Shown: positions 1 through 9,342 of the stretch, piece by piece
Layout of the letters: every line of letters begins with the position of its first letter
How positions within the stretch are numbered: the stretch's first letter is position 1
NCBI GenBank assembly: GCA_036574215.1
Contig: JAINCR010000077.1
Location: 1 to 60,429 of the forward strand
Reading direction: 5' to 3'
From: Caldisericaceae bacterium
Lineage (GTDB): Bacteria; Caldisericota; Caldisericia; Caldisericales; Caldisericaceae
Length of the DNA: 60,429 bases
Program-made: the position numbers and the translations under genes
Notes under the pieces: model-generated
Database searches by the model: none
The model's input: only the letters and a program-made list of their open reading frames with translations
Told to the model about the DNA's origin: nothing

Positions 1-50
1 ATGACACTGTGAACGAGGAAGGTTCGAGGGTGTGCCTTTTACCCCCTCAA
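1..50. repeat. Fragment of the REP-like family: tail ATGACA plus an imperfect GAGGGG..CCCCTC hairpin
   Basis: The window starts with atgaca, the end of the caggatgaca motif, followed by tcgaggggtgtgcctttaccccctcaa, which resembles the hairpins at 6484 and 23824. Confidence 0.45.
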
Positions 51-148
51 GTATGAAATAAAGAATTTTTCAATCATCAAATTTAAGAAAAGCTAAACTA
101 AACAAAAGCCCACAATTTTCCAAAATAATTTTTTGTTAGACATTTTTT

Positions 149-157
149 TGTTATAAT
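149..157 (+). promoter_or_regulatory. Extended -10 promoter element for ptb
   Basis: TGtTATAAT about 45 nt upstream of the ATG; GGAGG RBS before 203. Confidence 0.5.
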
Positions 158-202
158 TTTTTGTCGATATGAAAGATATGTAAAACGCTAAGAGGAGGCA
201 AA

Positions 203-1099
203 ATGTTTAAAAATTTTAACGAAATTTTTGATTACCTAAAAGGCATTGGTAAGACACCTATTATTGTTGTAGGAGAAGATAAAGATTCAATTGAGGCTGT
301 CTATGATGCATACAAGATAGGTATTGGCGAGGGAGTTTTTGTTTCCGACAAAACAAAGATTGAAAAACTATTAAAAGATTTTGACACGAGAGATTTTGTT
401 AAAGAAATCATCCATGCGGAAACCGATGAAGAAAAAAGCAAATTTGCAGTTGAAGAGGTGAAATCGGGAGGGATCCTTTTAAAAGGCTCTGTAAAAACGG
501 CAACACTTCTTAAAGCCGTTTTGAATAAGGAGTGGGGATTAAGGACCGATAAGATTATTACAAGTGTTGCTGCTTTTGAATCAAATTACGAGGGAAGAGA
601 AAAGATCATACTTCTTTCAGATGGTGGAGTTGTGATAAAACCTGATATAGATACACTTATTAAGGAAATAGAGAATGCAGTTTTTGTTGCAAACAAACTT
701 GGTAATCCACTTCCAAAAGTTGCACTTCTTTGTGCTGTTGAAGTTGTTAATCCTGATATGCCCGAGACACTCAACGCATCAATTATAAAAAAGATGTTTG
801 ATCGGGGGCAGATAAAAGGTTGTATTGTTGATGGTCCTCTTGCTCTTGATAATGCTCTTTCCATGTATGCAAAAGAAAAGAAAGGTATTGTTTCTGATGT
901 TGCAGGAGATGCAGACATCCTCATTACACCCGATATAGTCTCTGGTAATATCCTTGGAAAATCCGTTGAATATATTGGAGGAAAACCTCTTGCCGTAACA
1001 GTAGTGGGTGCAGCAAAACCTATTATGATCCCATCAAGAGCAGATAGAGCAGAATCTAAACTCCGTTCGATTGCCTTGACTATGATTGCTTCTATGTAA
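203..1099 (+). CDS. ptb: Phosphate butyryl/acyltransferase (PTA/PTB family)
   Basis: Motifs LLKGSVKT, VDGPLALDNA, AGDADIL, GNILGK, PSRAD. Confidence 0.88.
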   Translation: MFKNFNEIFDYLKGIGKTPIIVVGEDKDSIEAVYDAYKIGIGEGVFVSDKTKIEKLLKDFDTRDFVKEIIHAETDEEKSKFAVEEVKSGGILLKGSVKTATLLKAVLNKEWGLRTDKIITSVAAFESNYEGREKIILLSDGGVVIKPDIDTLIKEIENAVFVANKLGNPLPKVALLCAVEVVNPDMPETLNASIIKKMFDRGQIKGCIVDGPLALDNALSMYAKEKKGIVSDVAGDADILITPDIVSGNILGKSVEYIGGKPLAVTVVGAAKPIMIPSRADRAESKLRSIALTMIASM

Positions 1100-1140
1100 T
1101 CCTTTTACTGTAAAAAGAGATTTTGTTGTAAAATTTACAT

Positions 1141-1347
1141 ATGAAAGCATGGAAATTATTAATTTTATCTGGTATTTTGTTAGTTGTTTTTGGTTTGCTT
1201 CTCTTACTCTTTGAAAAGTTGAAATTTAGGCTACCAGGAGATATTTACATTAGAAGGGGTAATTTTGAGTTTTATTTTCCCATCGCAACTTCAATACTTA
1301 TTAGTATTTTACTTACAATCATTTTGAATTTGATTTTTAGAAAATAA
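1141..1347 (+). CDS. DUF2905 family small membrane protein
   Basis: RLPGDI...FYFPIATSILIS signature, two hydrophobic segments. Confidence 0.85.
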   Translation: MKAWKLLILSGILLVVFGLLLLLFEKLKFRLPGDIYIRRGNFEFYFPIATSILISILLTIILNLIFRK

Positions 1348-1351
1348 ATCT

Positions 1352-2413
1352 TTATAACTCTTCCTTAAAGGAATGTATCGAGGTTATTTTACAGTAGAGG
1401 AAAACTGCTTCTCCCTCTTTTAATTCCATTTCTTCAAATGACTTTCTTGTAATCAATGCGTCTAACTCTACTTCATCTTTTATACTTACTCTAACTTTAA
1501 CAAGCACACCTTTTTGAATAATTTTTTTAATTTTACCTTCAAATGAATTCTGTGCACTGGTTTTGATTTTTTCTTTAGAGAGGGCAATCTCCTCTGGACG
1601 AATAAAGATTTTTACTTTGTCAAAAATTTTATAATCTCCTAAAATTGCAAAAGGAACAGATGAAGCATAAGCAATGTAAAAATCATTTGCACTCTCTTTT
1701 ACTATTGCATCAATTACGTTTGTTTCACTTATTCTTGCAATACTACCGTTTGTTGGCTTATAGAAAATATCTATCGGTTTGCCTATTTCAAGAAGCTTTC
1801 CATTTTCAATAATTGCGATTCTATCTCCAACAATGTTTGCTTCTTCAATATTGTGGGTTACATAAATGGCGCTCTTTTTAAATTTTTTTACTATGTCTTT
1901 TATTTCAAGAGCAATCCTTTCTTTTTCCGTTGGAGATAGTTGAGATGTAGGTTCATCAAAGAGGATGAGTTTTGGGTCTAATATAAGAGATCTTGCAATG
2001 GCTACTTTTTGTTTCTCTCCCCCACTTAAATTTGTTGGGAAACGTTTTAGTAGGTGTCCAATCTTTAAAAATTCTACGAGATTTTTAAAATGCAATTCCT
2101 TATTTTCAATTTTTTTAAATCTAAGCCCGTATTTTATATTCTCTTCAACTGTCATATGTGGAAAAAGGGCAAAATCTTGGAAAATGTAGCCAATATTTCT
2201 TTTATTTGGGGTTTCTTTTGATATGGGAACACCATCAAAGATAATACTTCCAGATGTTAATTCTACAAACCCTGCAATTGCATTTAGAAGTGTTGTTTTT
2301 CCAGATCCGTTATCTCCAAGGAGTGCAATAATCTCTTTATCAAAAACTTCAAAAGAAACGTTTTCAATTTTAAAGTTTACAAGGTTTACCGAAAGATCTC
2401 TAATTAAAAGCAT
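1352..2413 (-). CDS. wtpC: Tungstate/molybdate ABC transporter ATPase with C-terminal TOBE domain
   Basis: Walker A GDNGSGKT, LSGGEKQ, LFDEP, TOBE-like tail; third gene of the wtp operon. Confidence 0.85.
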   Translation of the reverse strand: MLLIRDLSVNLVNFKIENVSFEVFDKEIIALLGDNGSGKTTLLNAIAGFVELTSGSIIFDGVPISKETPNKRNIGYIFQDFALFPHMTVEENIKYGLRFKKIENKELHFKNLVEFLKIGHLLKRFPTNLSGGEKQKVAIARSLILDPKLILFDEPTSQLSPTEKERIALEIKDIVKKFKKSAIYVTHNIEEANIVGDRIAIIENGKLLEIGKPIDIFYKPTNGSIARISETNVIDAIVKESANDFYIAYASSVPFAILGDYKIFDKVKIFIRPEEIALSKEKIKTSAQNSFEGKIKKIIQKGVLVKVRVSIKDEVELDALITRKSFEEMELKEGEAVFLYCKITSIHSFKEEL

Positions 2414-2415
2414 CT

Positions 2416-3189
2416 TTACCTACCACTTACAATTTTTAGAATGGCAAAAAGAATAAGGGAAATGATAAGTAAACTTGCTGCAATTGCAATAGAAGTTTGA
2501 AGGTTATATTGGGTGTAAGCATCGTAAATTTTTATTGGGGCAGTCATCGGATAGTATGCAATGATAATAACAGCTCCAAATTCAGAAATTGCTCTTGCCC
2601 ATGAAGAGAAAAAACCTGAGAGTATATGTGATTTTACAAGGGGGATATCTATAAAGAAAAAGGTATGAATAAATGTTGCTCCAAGGTTATAAGATGCTTT
2701 CTCTAACGAGGGATTTATGCTTTTAAAACCCTCTCTTATGTTGTTTATGATAAAGGGAATAGAAACAAAAAGCATGGCTACAACAACAGCAAAACCTGTC
2801 CCTAAAAGCCTTATACTGAAGCTTTTATAAAGAAGTCCTCCGATGAGGCCATCTCTTCCAAATACAAGCAGTAGCGCTATACCTGCAACCGTATGAGGAG
2901 TTGCAAGTGGAATATCGGTAATTGCCTCAATGAATTTCTCAAATTTACCAAAATGTCCTTTTGCCATAAGATACGATAGAGGTGTGCCAATTAAGATACC
3001 TATAGTGGAAGATATTAAGGAAAAAACTATACTATTAAAGATTGCATTAAGCGATTTAGGATCTTTAAGCACATTTATTATATCTTTTACACTTGGAGTG
3101 GTGATGAGTTTAATAATAGGTAAAAGTATAAAAGTTAAAGTAATTAAACTTAATAACATCAAAAATAACTTAAATCTTCCTTTTTCCAT
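2416..3189 (-). CDS. wtpB: Tungstate/molybdate ABC permease
   Basis: PHTVAGIALL, SWARAISEFGA motifs of ModB/WtpB. Confidence 0.87.
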   Translation of the reverse strand: MEKGRFKLFLMLLSLITLTFILLPIIKLITTPSVKDIINVLKDPKSLNAIFNSIVFSLISSTIGILIGTPLSYLMAKGHFGKFEKFIEAITDIPLATPHTVAGIALLLVFGRDGLIGGLLYKSFSIRLLGTGFAVVVAMLFVSIPFIINNIREGFKSINPSLEKASYNLGATFIHTFFFIDIPLVKSHILSGFFSSWARAISEFGAVIIIAYYPMTAPIKIYDAYTQYNLQTSIAIAASLLIISLILFAILKIVSGR

Positions 3190-3192
3190 AGT

Positions 3193-4149
3193 CTATTTTA
3201 TTCCGTCCCTTATAGTGCTTGGAATAGATTCAAAACTTGGGTAAAATTTGAAGTCGACAAACCCTTGTCCGTAGTGATCGAAGACTTTACCTCCGTTTTT
3301 AAGCAAATATGCAACAAATTTTTCTCCGTATTCTTTGTTTTGCGCATTTTTTGGAATTGTTAAGCCATATTCAATCGGTGCTCCCTTTATCACTGTGCCG
3401 TCGTCTAAAGTGATGCTTACTTTTTCATAAAGATTTTTTAAATTTGGATTAGCAAGGTTTATTTCGTCGGGCAATTTTATGTATTTTAGGTTATTTTGCA
3501 CGGCAACTGATTCGTATTCAAATGCATAGTCTAATTCATGTGATTGAAGAAGAGACAAGAGTTCTACAGACTTTGGCCTTATGTTATTTTTGTTTGTTAA
3601 TCTTATAAGTTCATCGCTTAAATGGGGTTTATTGTAGTAGATGTTAGAGAGTTTGAAGAGTAAAATGGTTCTATAGCCAGCAGGATCTGCATTTGGATTT
3701 GCATATCCGTATTCTACCCCGTCTTTTAAAAGGATATCAAACCAGTTTTCAGCATTAATTTCATTTGCGTATTTGCTTTTATCCGTATAACATAACACAA
3801 TTGAATTTGATGCAAATTCAATATACCAATCTACGTAATGTGGAAAAAGATACTTTTGGATAAGGTAAGAGTCTGCCGTTAGAACCACATCAAATTCTTC
3901 ATTAAGTTCGGCAATCTCTCTTATTATGTCAACACTTCCTGCTGATAAGTCTTGAAATGTAATGTTTATACCCTTTTCTTTGTAAAGAGAAACAAAATCT
4001 TCTTCTATAGCTCTAATTGGTTGTGTGAGACTTCCTGCGTGGATTACATTGATAATAACTTCTTTTGGATGACTTAATGTATTTGTGAAAAAAATTACTA
4101 ATAAAACTAATACAATACTAACAACAGCAATCAAAACGACCCTTTTCAT
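3193..4149 (-). CDS. wtpA: Tungstate/molybdate-binding protein of the WtpA type
   Basis: HAGSL, AGSV, NPNADPAGYR, LDYAFEYESVA, PIEYGLTI; N-terminal hydrophobic anchor. Confidence 0.85.
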   Translation of the reverse strand: MKRVVLIAVVSIVLVLLVIFFTNTLSHPKEVIINVIHAGSLTQPIRAIEEDFVSLYKEKGINITFQDLSAGSVDIIREIAELNEEFDVVLTADSYLIQKYLFPHYVDWYIEFASNSIVLCYTDKSKYANEINAENWFDILLKDGVEYGYANPNADPAGYRTILLFKLSNIYYNKPHLSDELIRLTNKNNIRPKSVELLSLLQSHELDYAFEYESVAVQNNLKYIKLPDEINLANPNLKNLYEKVSITLDDGTVIKGAPIEYGLTIPKNAQNKEYGEKFVAYLLKNGGKVFDHYGQGFVDFKFYPSFESIPSTIRDGIK

Positions 4150-4242
4150 TTAGTTACCTTCTTCTAAATTATATTTTATCTTTTTTTTAATTTTTTCCAA
4201 CCTTTGTAAATTGCTTTTTAGACTATAATTTTATAGGTGAAT

Positions 4243-5709
4243 ATGAAAATTGAAATAAAAGATGGACAAAATAATATTGGTGGTAATAAGATTTTTATTT
4301 TAGACAAGAACGGTAAAGCCGTTATCCTTGATTTTGGTAAAAATTTTTCTCTCTACGGTAAATACTTTGAGGAGTTTCTTACGCCAAGAGCAGGTGCAGG
4401 GATTTATGACTTTTGGAAATTAAACCTCGTTCCACATGCTCGATCCCTTTATAGAGAAGATGTTTTAGCTTATGTTGAAGAAATCAACAATTTACCTTCT
4501 TACGACCCAGTTTTTCTTTTTATATCCCACGCCCATGTTGATCACTTCGGATACGTGCCTTTTTTAAGAGAAGATATACCTATTATTTCAACAAAGATCA
4601 CTTATGATATTATTAAATCTTACCAAGATACAACACAAACAGGACTTTTTTCGGAGTTTTATGCAGGGTCTAAAAGATCCGTTAAGAGTGGCTTAAAGGA
4701 AAACAAACTGCATAAAGGAAAAGATACTGAAACTTTTAAGCGCTCTTTTATAACAGATTTTCCTAACAACTCTATAAGTGAATTTGAAGGCTTTAAATAC
4801 AGAGTTTTTGAGGTTGACCATTCCGTTCCAGGTGCATCTTCTATTTATCTTGAGGTTGATGGTGTAAAGGTTGCTTACACAGGGGACTTACGATTTCATG
4901 GAAAAAATGCGCAAAAAACAAAAGATTTCTTTTATTTCTTAAAAGAAATTGGCGTCAATGTCCTTATAACTGAGGGGACAAGAATTGGAAATGATTTTAT
5001 TGGTAAGCAATACACGGAGAGTGATGTTAAAGAGGCATGTTTAAATGCTATAAAGGAAAATTGTGGAAAGTTAGTAATAGCAGATTTTGGTGCAAGAAAC
5101 ATTGAAAGATTACAAATTTTTGTTGAGGTTTCAAAAGAAACCAATCGTAAAATTGCTATAACTACAAAGGATTTGTATTTACTCGATCTTTTAAAGGAAG
5201 ATGGCATTAATATTATAGATAACGAAAATTTGGTTGTAATTGAGAGCAAAAGAGAACAAGAAAGAAATTGGAAAAAGGAACTACTTGAAAGATATAAAAA
5301 TAAAGTAATTACAATAAAAGAAATAAACGATAACCAAGGAGATTACATTGTTTGTTATAGTTTTTGGGATATGCCAAATCTTCTTGATATGAAAATAGAT
5401 TCTGGTGCATACATATATTCTACAAGTGAAGCATTTAATGAAGAGCAGATATTAGACATTGAAAGACTTTTGAATTGGCTTAGATACTTTAATCTGAAAC
5501 CTTACGGTATTACTTTTGTTGATGGTAAAATGAGTTTTACTAGAGAATACCATGTTTCTGGGCATGCAAATTCCAAGGACTTAATGGAATATATTGAATT
5601 AGCAAAACCAGACTACTTGATTCCAGTGCATTCGGAGCATACTAAAACTTTTAAAGAATTTTTAGGTGAAAAAACAAAATTCGTTTTTGAAAGTGTTTTT
5701 GAACTTTAG
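4243..5709 (+). CDS. Metallo-beta-lactamase/beta-CASP ribonuclease (RNase J-like)
   Basis: HAHVDH, DHSVPG, YTGD, SGHA, PVH motifs; ATG at 4243 follows an AGGTGA RBS (the track starts at GTG 4237). Confidence 0.8.
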   Translation: MKIEIKDGQNNIGGNKIFILDKNGKAVILDFGKNFSLYGKYFEEFLTPRAGAGIYDFWKLNLVPHARSLYREDVLAYVEEINNLPSYDPVFLFISHAHVDHFGYVPFLREDIPIISTKITYDIIKSYQDTTQTGLFSEFYAGSKRSVKSGLKENKLHKGKDTETFKRSFITDFPNNSISEFEGFKYRVFEVDHSVPGASSIYLEVDGVKVAYTGDLRFHGKNAQKTKDFFYFLKEIGVNVLITEGTRIGNDFIGKQYTESDVKEACLNAIKENCGKLVIADFGARNIERLQIFVEVSKETNRKIAITTKDLYLLDLLKEDGINIIDNENLVVIESKREQERNWKKELLERYKNKVITIKEINDNQGDYIVCYSFWDMPNLLDMKIDSGAYIYSTSEAFNEEQILDIERLLNWLRYFNLKPYGITFVDGKMSFTREYHVSGHANSKDLMEYIELAKPDYLIPVHSEHTKTFKEFLGEKTKFVFESVFEL

Positions 5710-6170
5710 AATATTTTTAAAGCCCCTGTTGTAATTAAGGTAACGATGACTCCTGCAATAATTACGCCTAAGGATATTGATATAAAAGCCTTTAATTTTT
5801 CCATTCCAAGAATTTTTGCAGCAAGTGCACCAGAGTAAGCGCCAGTCCCTGGTAGTGGTATTGCAACAAAAATCATAAGTCCCCAAAATCCGTATTTATC
5901 CACATAGGGTTTTGCTCTTTTTCTTAGATTTTCAAGGTAAAGGACCACAAATTTATTTAGAAAGCTTATTTTTGAAGCGGCAAAAATCATCAAGTCAAAC
6001 AGAAGGAAAACTAAAGGTGTAATTAAAATATTTGCAAAAGTTACAATTAAAAAGGCTTGAACTACACCAATTTTATATTTCAAAATAGCAAGAGGAATTG
6101 CTCCTCTTAATTCAACAGAGGGAAGAAAAGTAACTAAGAAAATATACAACCATGTTTTTATATTATTCAT
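5706..6170 (-). CDS. Small multi-drug export family (COG2426) membrane protein
   Basis: PSVELRGAIP and FVAIPLPGTGAYSG signatures. Confidence 0.85.
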   Translation of the reverse strand: MNNIKTWLYIFLVTFLPSVELRGAIPLAILKYKIGVVQAFLIVTFANILITPLVFLLFDLMIFAASKISFLNKFVVLYLENLRKRAKPYVDKYGFWGLMIFVAIPLPGTGAYSGALAAKILGMEKLKAFISISLGVIIAGVIVTLITTGALKIF

Positions 6171-6326
6171 ACGTATTAATTATAACTGATTTTTATGCTT
6201 TTTAAAGGTTTCATTAAATTTTAGAGACTTTTAGTAAGATTTACACTTTTTAAAAAAATTTTTGTAATCATCCAATAAACTATCTAATGTAAGATTCCTC
6301 GGCTTTACTTCAGAACGAACTCTTTC

Positions 6327-6570
6327 TCGTTATCCTGTTTTCCTTTTTCCCGTCATCCTGAGCTCCTTTCCTTGACTAAGTCAAGTGGAGTGATAGCGAC
6401 GAAGGATCTTAAAGTTGAGGAGGACACTACCCCAAGGTTCCTGCATCCTGTGTCATCCTGAGCGTAAGCGTTGGATCTACTTTTTGAGGGGGACACCCCC
6501 TCAATACTCCCCCAAGTAATGAAAAACACAAACAGATGAGATTCTTCCTCACTCGCTACGCAGAATGACC
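6327..6570 (-). repeat. Composite REP-like (BIME/REPIN-like) element; inverted homolog of 46461-46760
   Basis: GTCATCCTGAG...GAAGGATCT unit at 6352-6409, a variant unit at 6452-6478, an inverted unit at 6539-6569 and a hairpin at 6484-6504. The reverse complement shares long blocks (ctcaggatgacacaggatgcagg; ccacttgacttagtcaaggaaaggag) with 46601-46706. Confidence 0.9.
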
Positions 6571-6714
6571 AAGGGGCTTTACCTCCTTAAAACTTCTCCC
6601 AAATATAAGAAAAAGGCATGACGGACATCTCCCCAAAGGTCTCCCATTATTGAAAAATGCGTAATTTCGTTTTACTTATTGTAAACTTGGTGTATACTTG
6701 TAAATAAAAAACTT

Positions 6715-7386
6715 ATGCAAGAAATTAACATTGAGAGTATTTTTCGCTCAAGGCGTAAAACCGTTTGTTTTGAGATAACGGACAGAGGAACTCTTATCGT
6801 AAAAGCACCATTTTCTATGTTAGATTTAGAAATTTACAAATTAATAGAGAAGCACAAAAACTGGATAAATAAAAAAATTGCTCTTACATTAACAAAAGAA
6901 AGACCACCAAAAAGAGCGTTTATCGAAGGAGAAAATTTTCTCTACCTTGGCAAACCTTACAAGTTGTTTTTTAGTGATACTCAAAGCGAGGATTTAAAAT
7001 TTGAAAACGCATTCTATCTAAAAAAAGATAAGATAGATTTTGCAAAAGAAGTATTTATAAATTGGTATAAAAAAGAGGCAAAACGTTTTATTTTAGAGCG
7101 TTTAGATTACTACGCAAGACTTACAGGTATTAATTACAACAAAGTAAAAATCAATTCTGCAACTAAAAGGTGGGGATCTTGTTCAAAAAATAGAAACTTA
7201 AATTTTACCTACAGACTAATTATGGCACCAATTTTTGTTGTTGACTATATTGTTGTTCACGAACTCTGCCATGTAGTTAAATTTAATCATTCAAAAGAAT
7301 TTTGGGAAAATGTAAAAGCAGTATTGCCAAATTATAGAGACGCAAAAAATTGGTTAAAAGAAAAAGGGCAAACTCTTAGTATCTAA
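6715..7386 (+). CDS. YgjP/DUF45 (SprT-like, M48-related) zinc metallohydrolase
   Basis: KRWGSCS, DYIVVHELCH (HExxH), NHSKEFW. Confidence 0.88.
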   Translation: MQEINIESIFRSRRKTVCFEITDRGTLIVKAPFSMLDLEIYKLIEKHKNWINKKIALTLTKERPPKRAFIEGENFLYLGKPYKLFFSDTQSEDLKFENAFYLKKDKIDFAKEVFINWYKKEAKRFILERLDYYARLTGINYNKVKINSATKRWGSCSKNRNLNFTYRLIMAPIFVVDYIVVHELCHVVKFNHSKEFWENVKAVLPNYRDAKNWLKEKGQTLSI

Positions 7387-7424
7387 AAGAAAAACCGCCT
7401 TTACTTAAACATTTTATAACAATA

Positions 7425-7452
7425 TTGACTTTATTTAAAGTTTTGCTATATT
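7425..7452 (+). promoter_or_regulatory. Sigma70-type promoter for the rpmH operon
   Basis: TTGACT-16 nt-TATATT with an extended TG; AGGAGG RBS before 7504. Confidence 0.6.
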
Positions 7453-7503
7453 TAAATAGTTAAGAAAGTTTTACCTTAGAAATTTAATATTAGGAGGTTT
7501 TAT

Positions 7504-7641
7504 ATGAGAACTACTTTTAATCCACATAACAAACACATTAAAAGAAAACAAGGCTTTAGAGCTAAAATGAAGACAAGTACTGGAAGAAACGTGCTTTCAA
7601 GAAGAAGAGCGCATGGTAGGCATAAACTCGTCAGAGTATAG
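7504..7641 (+). CDS. rpmH: 50S ribosomal protein L34 (absent from the ORF track)
   Basis: Translated by hand: MRTTFNPHNKHIKRKQGFRAKMKTSTGRNVLSRRRAHGRHKLVRV; strong RBS; its stop overlaps the rnpA GTG. Confidence 0.95.
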   Translation: MRTTFNPHNKHIKRKQGFRAKMKTSTGRNVLSRRRAHGRHKLVRV

Positions 7642-7988
7642 TGAAACTTTGGAAAAGACTCCGTGAAAAAGAGTTTAGAAGTGTATTTAAAAATGCACGG
7701 AAATTCTTTGGAAGGAACATCGTTGTATACATCTCAGGCGAAGTCAAAAAAAAGGTGGGTTTTGTTGCCTCAAAAAAAGTTGGCAAGGCTCATGAGAGAA
7801 ACCGTGCAAAGAGGCTTATGAGAGAAGCATTTTTAAAAGTTGAAGGGATAGTGCCTCAAGACTTTAGTTATGTGCTCATTGCAAAAAATTCCATAAATGG
7901 CTTAAAAATGCAAGACGTATTATTAGATTTAGAAAGTATTCTTAAAAGATTTAAGAAAGAATTGACAAACGGAAGTGGTAATCAATGA
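7641..7988 (+). CDS. rnpA: Ribonuclease P protein component
   Basis: [19 protein letters not shown] (RNR motif); position after rpmH. Confidence 0.95.
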   Translation: MKLWKRLREKEFRSVFKNARKFFGRNIVVYISGEVKKKVGFVASKKVGKAHERNRAKRLMREAFLKVEGIVPQDFSYVLIAKNSINGLKMQDVLLDLESILKRFKKELTNGSGNQ

Positions 7989-8194
7989 AAAAGGTTCTTA
8001 TTGCTATTTTGAAGTTTTATAGAAAATACATTTCGCCTTTAAAACCGCCTACTTGTCGCTTTACTCCAACATGTTCAGAGTATGCAATTATTGCAATTGA
8101 AAAATATGGTGCAAAAAAGGGCGGATGGCTTGCGCTTAAAAGAGTTTTAAGATGTAATCCCTTTTTCCCTGGTGGAAATGACCCAGTTCCTTAG
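7985..8194 (+). CDS. yidD: Membrane protein insertion efficiency factor
   Basis: [23 protein letters not shown]. Confidence 0.95.
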   Translation: MKKVLIAILKFYRKYISPLKPPTCRFTPTCSEYAIIAIEKYGAKKGGWLALKRVLRCNPFFPGGNDPVP

Positions 8195-8203
8195 GAGGAC
8201 AGA

Positions 8204-9340
8204 ATGAAAAAATCGTTGTTTATTGCAGTTGCGTTGGCATTTTTAGGGATATTTTTAACGGGTTGTGCAACAAGTCCTTTTCCGAAAACAACTGAACTAG
8301 GAGTGATTGTTCAAGTTGTTTCAACCGGAAAACCCCTTGAAAATATTCCAGTGGGTGTAAGAGTTGTAAATAATACTAGCAATCCAATACTCGATGTTTC
8401 TGTAAAACTTATTTCCATTGACAATGATACCGACCTTAAACCCTTTGAAATGTGGAATTCCCCAAGAGAAATTAGTATAAAAGATATTTCAAAAACGAGT
8501 GTTATCGATGCTGGTAAAGATGCAACTTTTTCGTTTTTTATCACAAGTTATACTGAAATTGAATCAAAACCATACCCAATAAAATTTGAGGTAACCTATA
8601 AAGATGCAGATGGTAAAATCAACACAATCGAAAAAGATGCAGTAATTAACGTTGTTCCTGTTTCATTTTTATACAAGATCACACGTCAACTCATTGATTT
8701 AATTAATCAATTAACAAGAAACTATGGACTTGCAATCATTCTACTTACAATTGTTATCAAACTCATTACCCATCCTCTTACAAGATATCAGTTTAAGTCA
8801 ACTGCAAAACTCCAAGAGGTTCAACCAGAGTTAAAGAAGATTCAAGAAAAATACAAAGATAATCCCCAAAAGCAACAGCAGGAAATTGTAAAACTCTACA
8901 AAGAAAAAGGTGTGAATATGTACGGAGGTTGTTTGCCTGTGTTAATTCAATGGCCTCTCCTCATTGTCCTATATGGAGCTTTGATGAGCTATTCGCCATT
9001 TAATAACGCAAGGTTCTTATGGCTTTCCAACCTCAACACACCTGATAAATACTATATACTTCCAATTCTTGTATTTTTATCGATGTTTTTACAGTCTAAG
9101 ACTTCTCAACTACCTGGAAGTGAATTAGATCCAAATTCAAGAATGTTTATGTACTTCCTTCCCGTAATATTTGCAGTATGGGCTATTAGTTGGCCTCCAT
9201 CTGTGCTTCTCTACTGGATTACCTTCTCTCTTGTTGCAACAGTTGAGCAATTCATCATTTTAAGGTCAATTAAAAAATTTGAAAAGATGGCAATTGAACA
9301 ACCTAAAAATGTAATTAAAAAGGATGACAAAGGGAAATAA
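8204..9340 (+). CDS. yidC: Membrane protein insertase YidC with lipobox and extra N-terminal beta-rich domain
   Basis: LTGC lipobox; YGLAIILLTIVIKL, QPELKKIQEKY, GGCLPVLIQ, LYW core. Confidence 0.92.
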   Translation: MKKSLFIAVALAFLGIFLTGCATSPFPKTTELGVIVQVVSTGKPLENIPVGVRVVNNTSNPILDVSVKLISIDNDTDLKPFEMWNSPREISIKDISKTSVIDAGKDATFSFFITSYTEIESKPYPIKFEVTYKDADGKINTIEKDAVINVVPVSFLYKITRQLIDLINQLTRNYGLAIILLTIVIKLITHPLTRYQFKSTAKLQEVQPELKKIQEKYKDNPQKQQQEIVKLYKEKGVNMYGGCLPVLIQWPLLIVLYGALMSYSPFNNARFLWLSNLNTPDKYYILPILVFLSMFLQSKTSQLPGSELDPNSRMFMYFLPVIFAVWAISWPPSVLLYWITFSLVATVEQFIILRSIKKFEKMAIEQPKNVIKKDDKGK

Positions 9341-9342
9341 TT

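Noticed and set aside
6327-6570. Possible CRISPR array (also the 46.4 and 51.8 kb clusters)
   Set aside because: Units vary in length and orientation, the sequences between them are shared across loci rather than unique, and no cas genes are present
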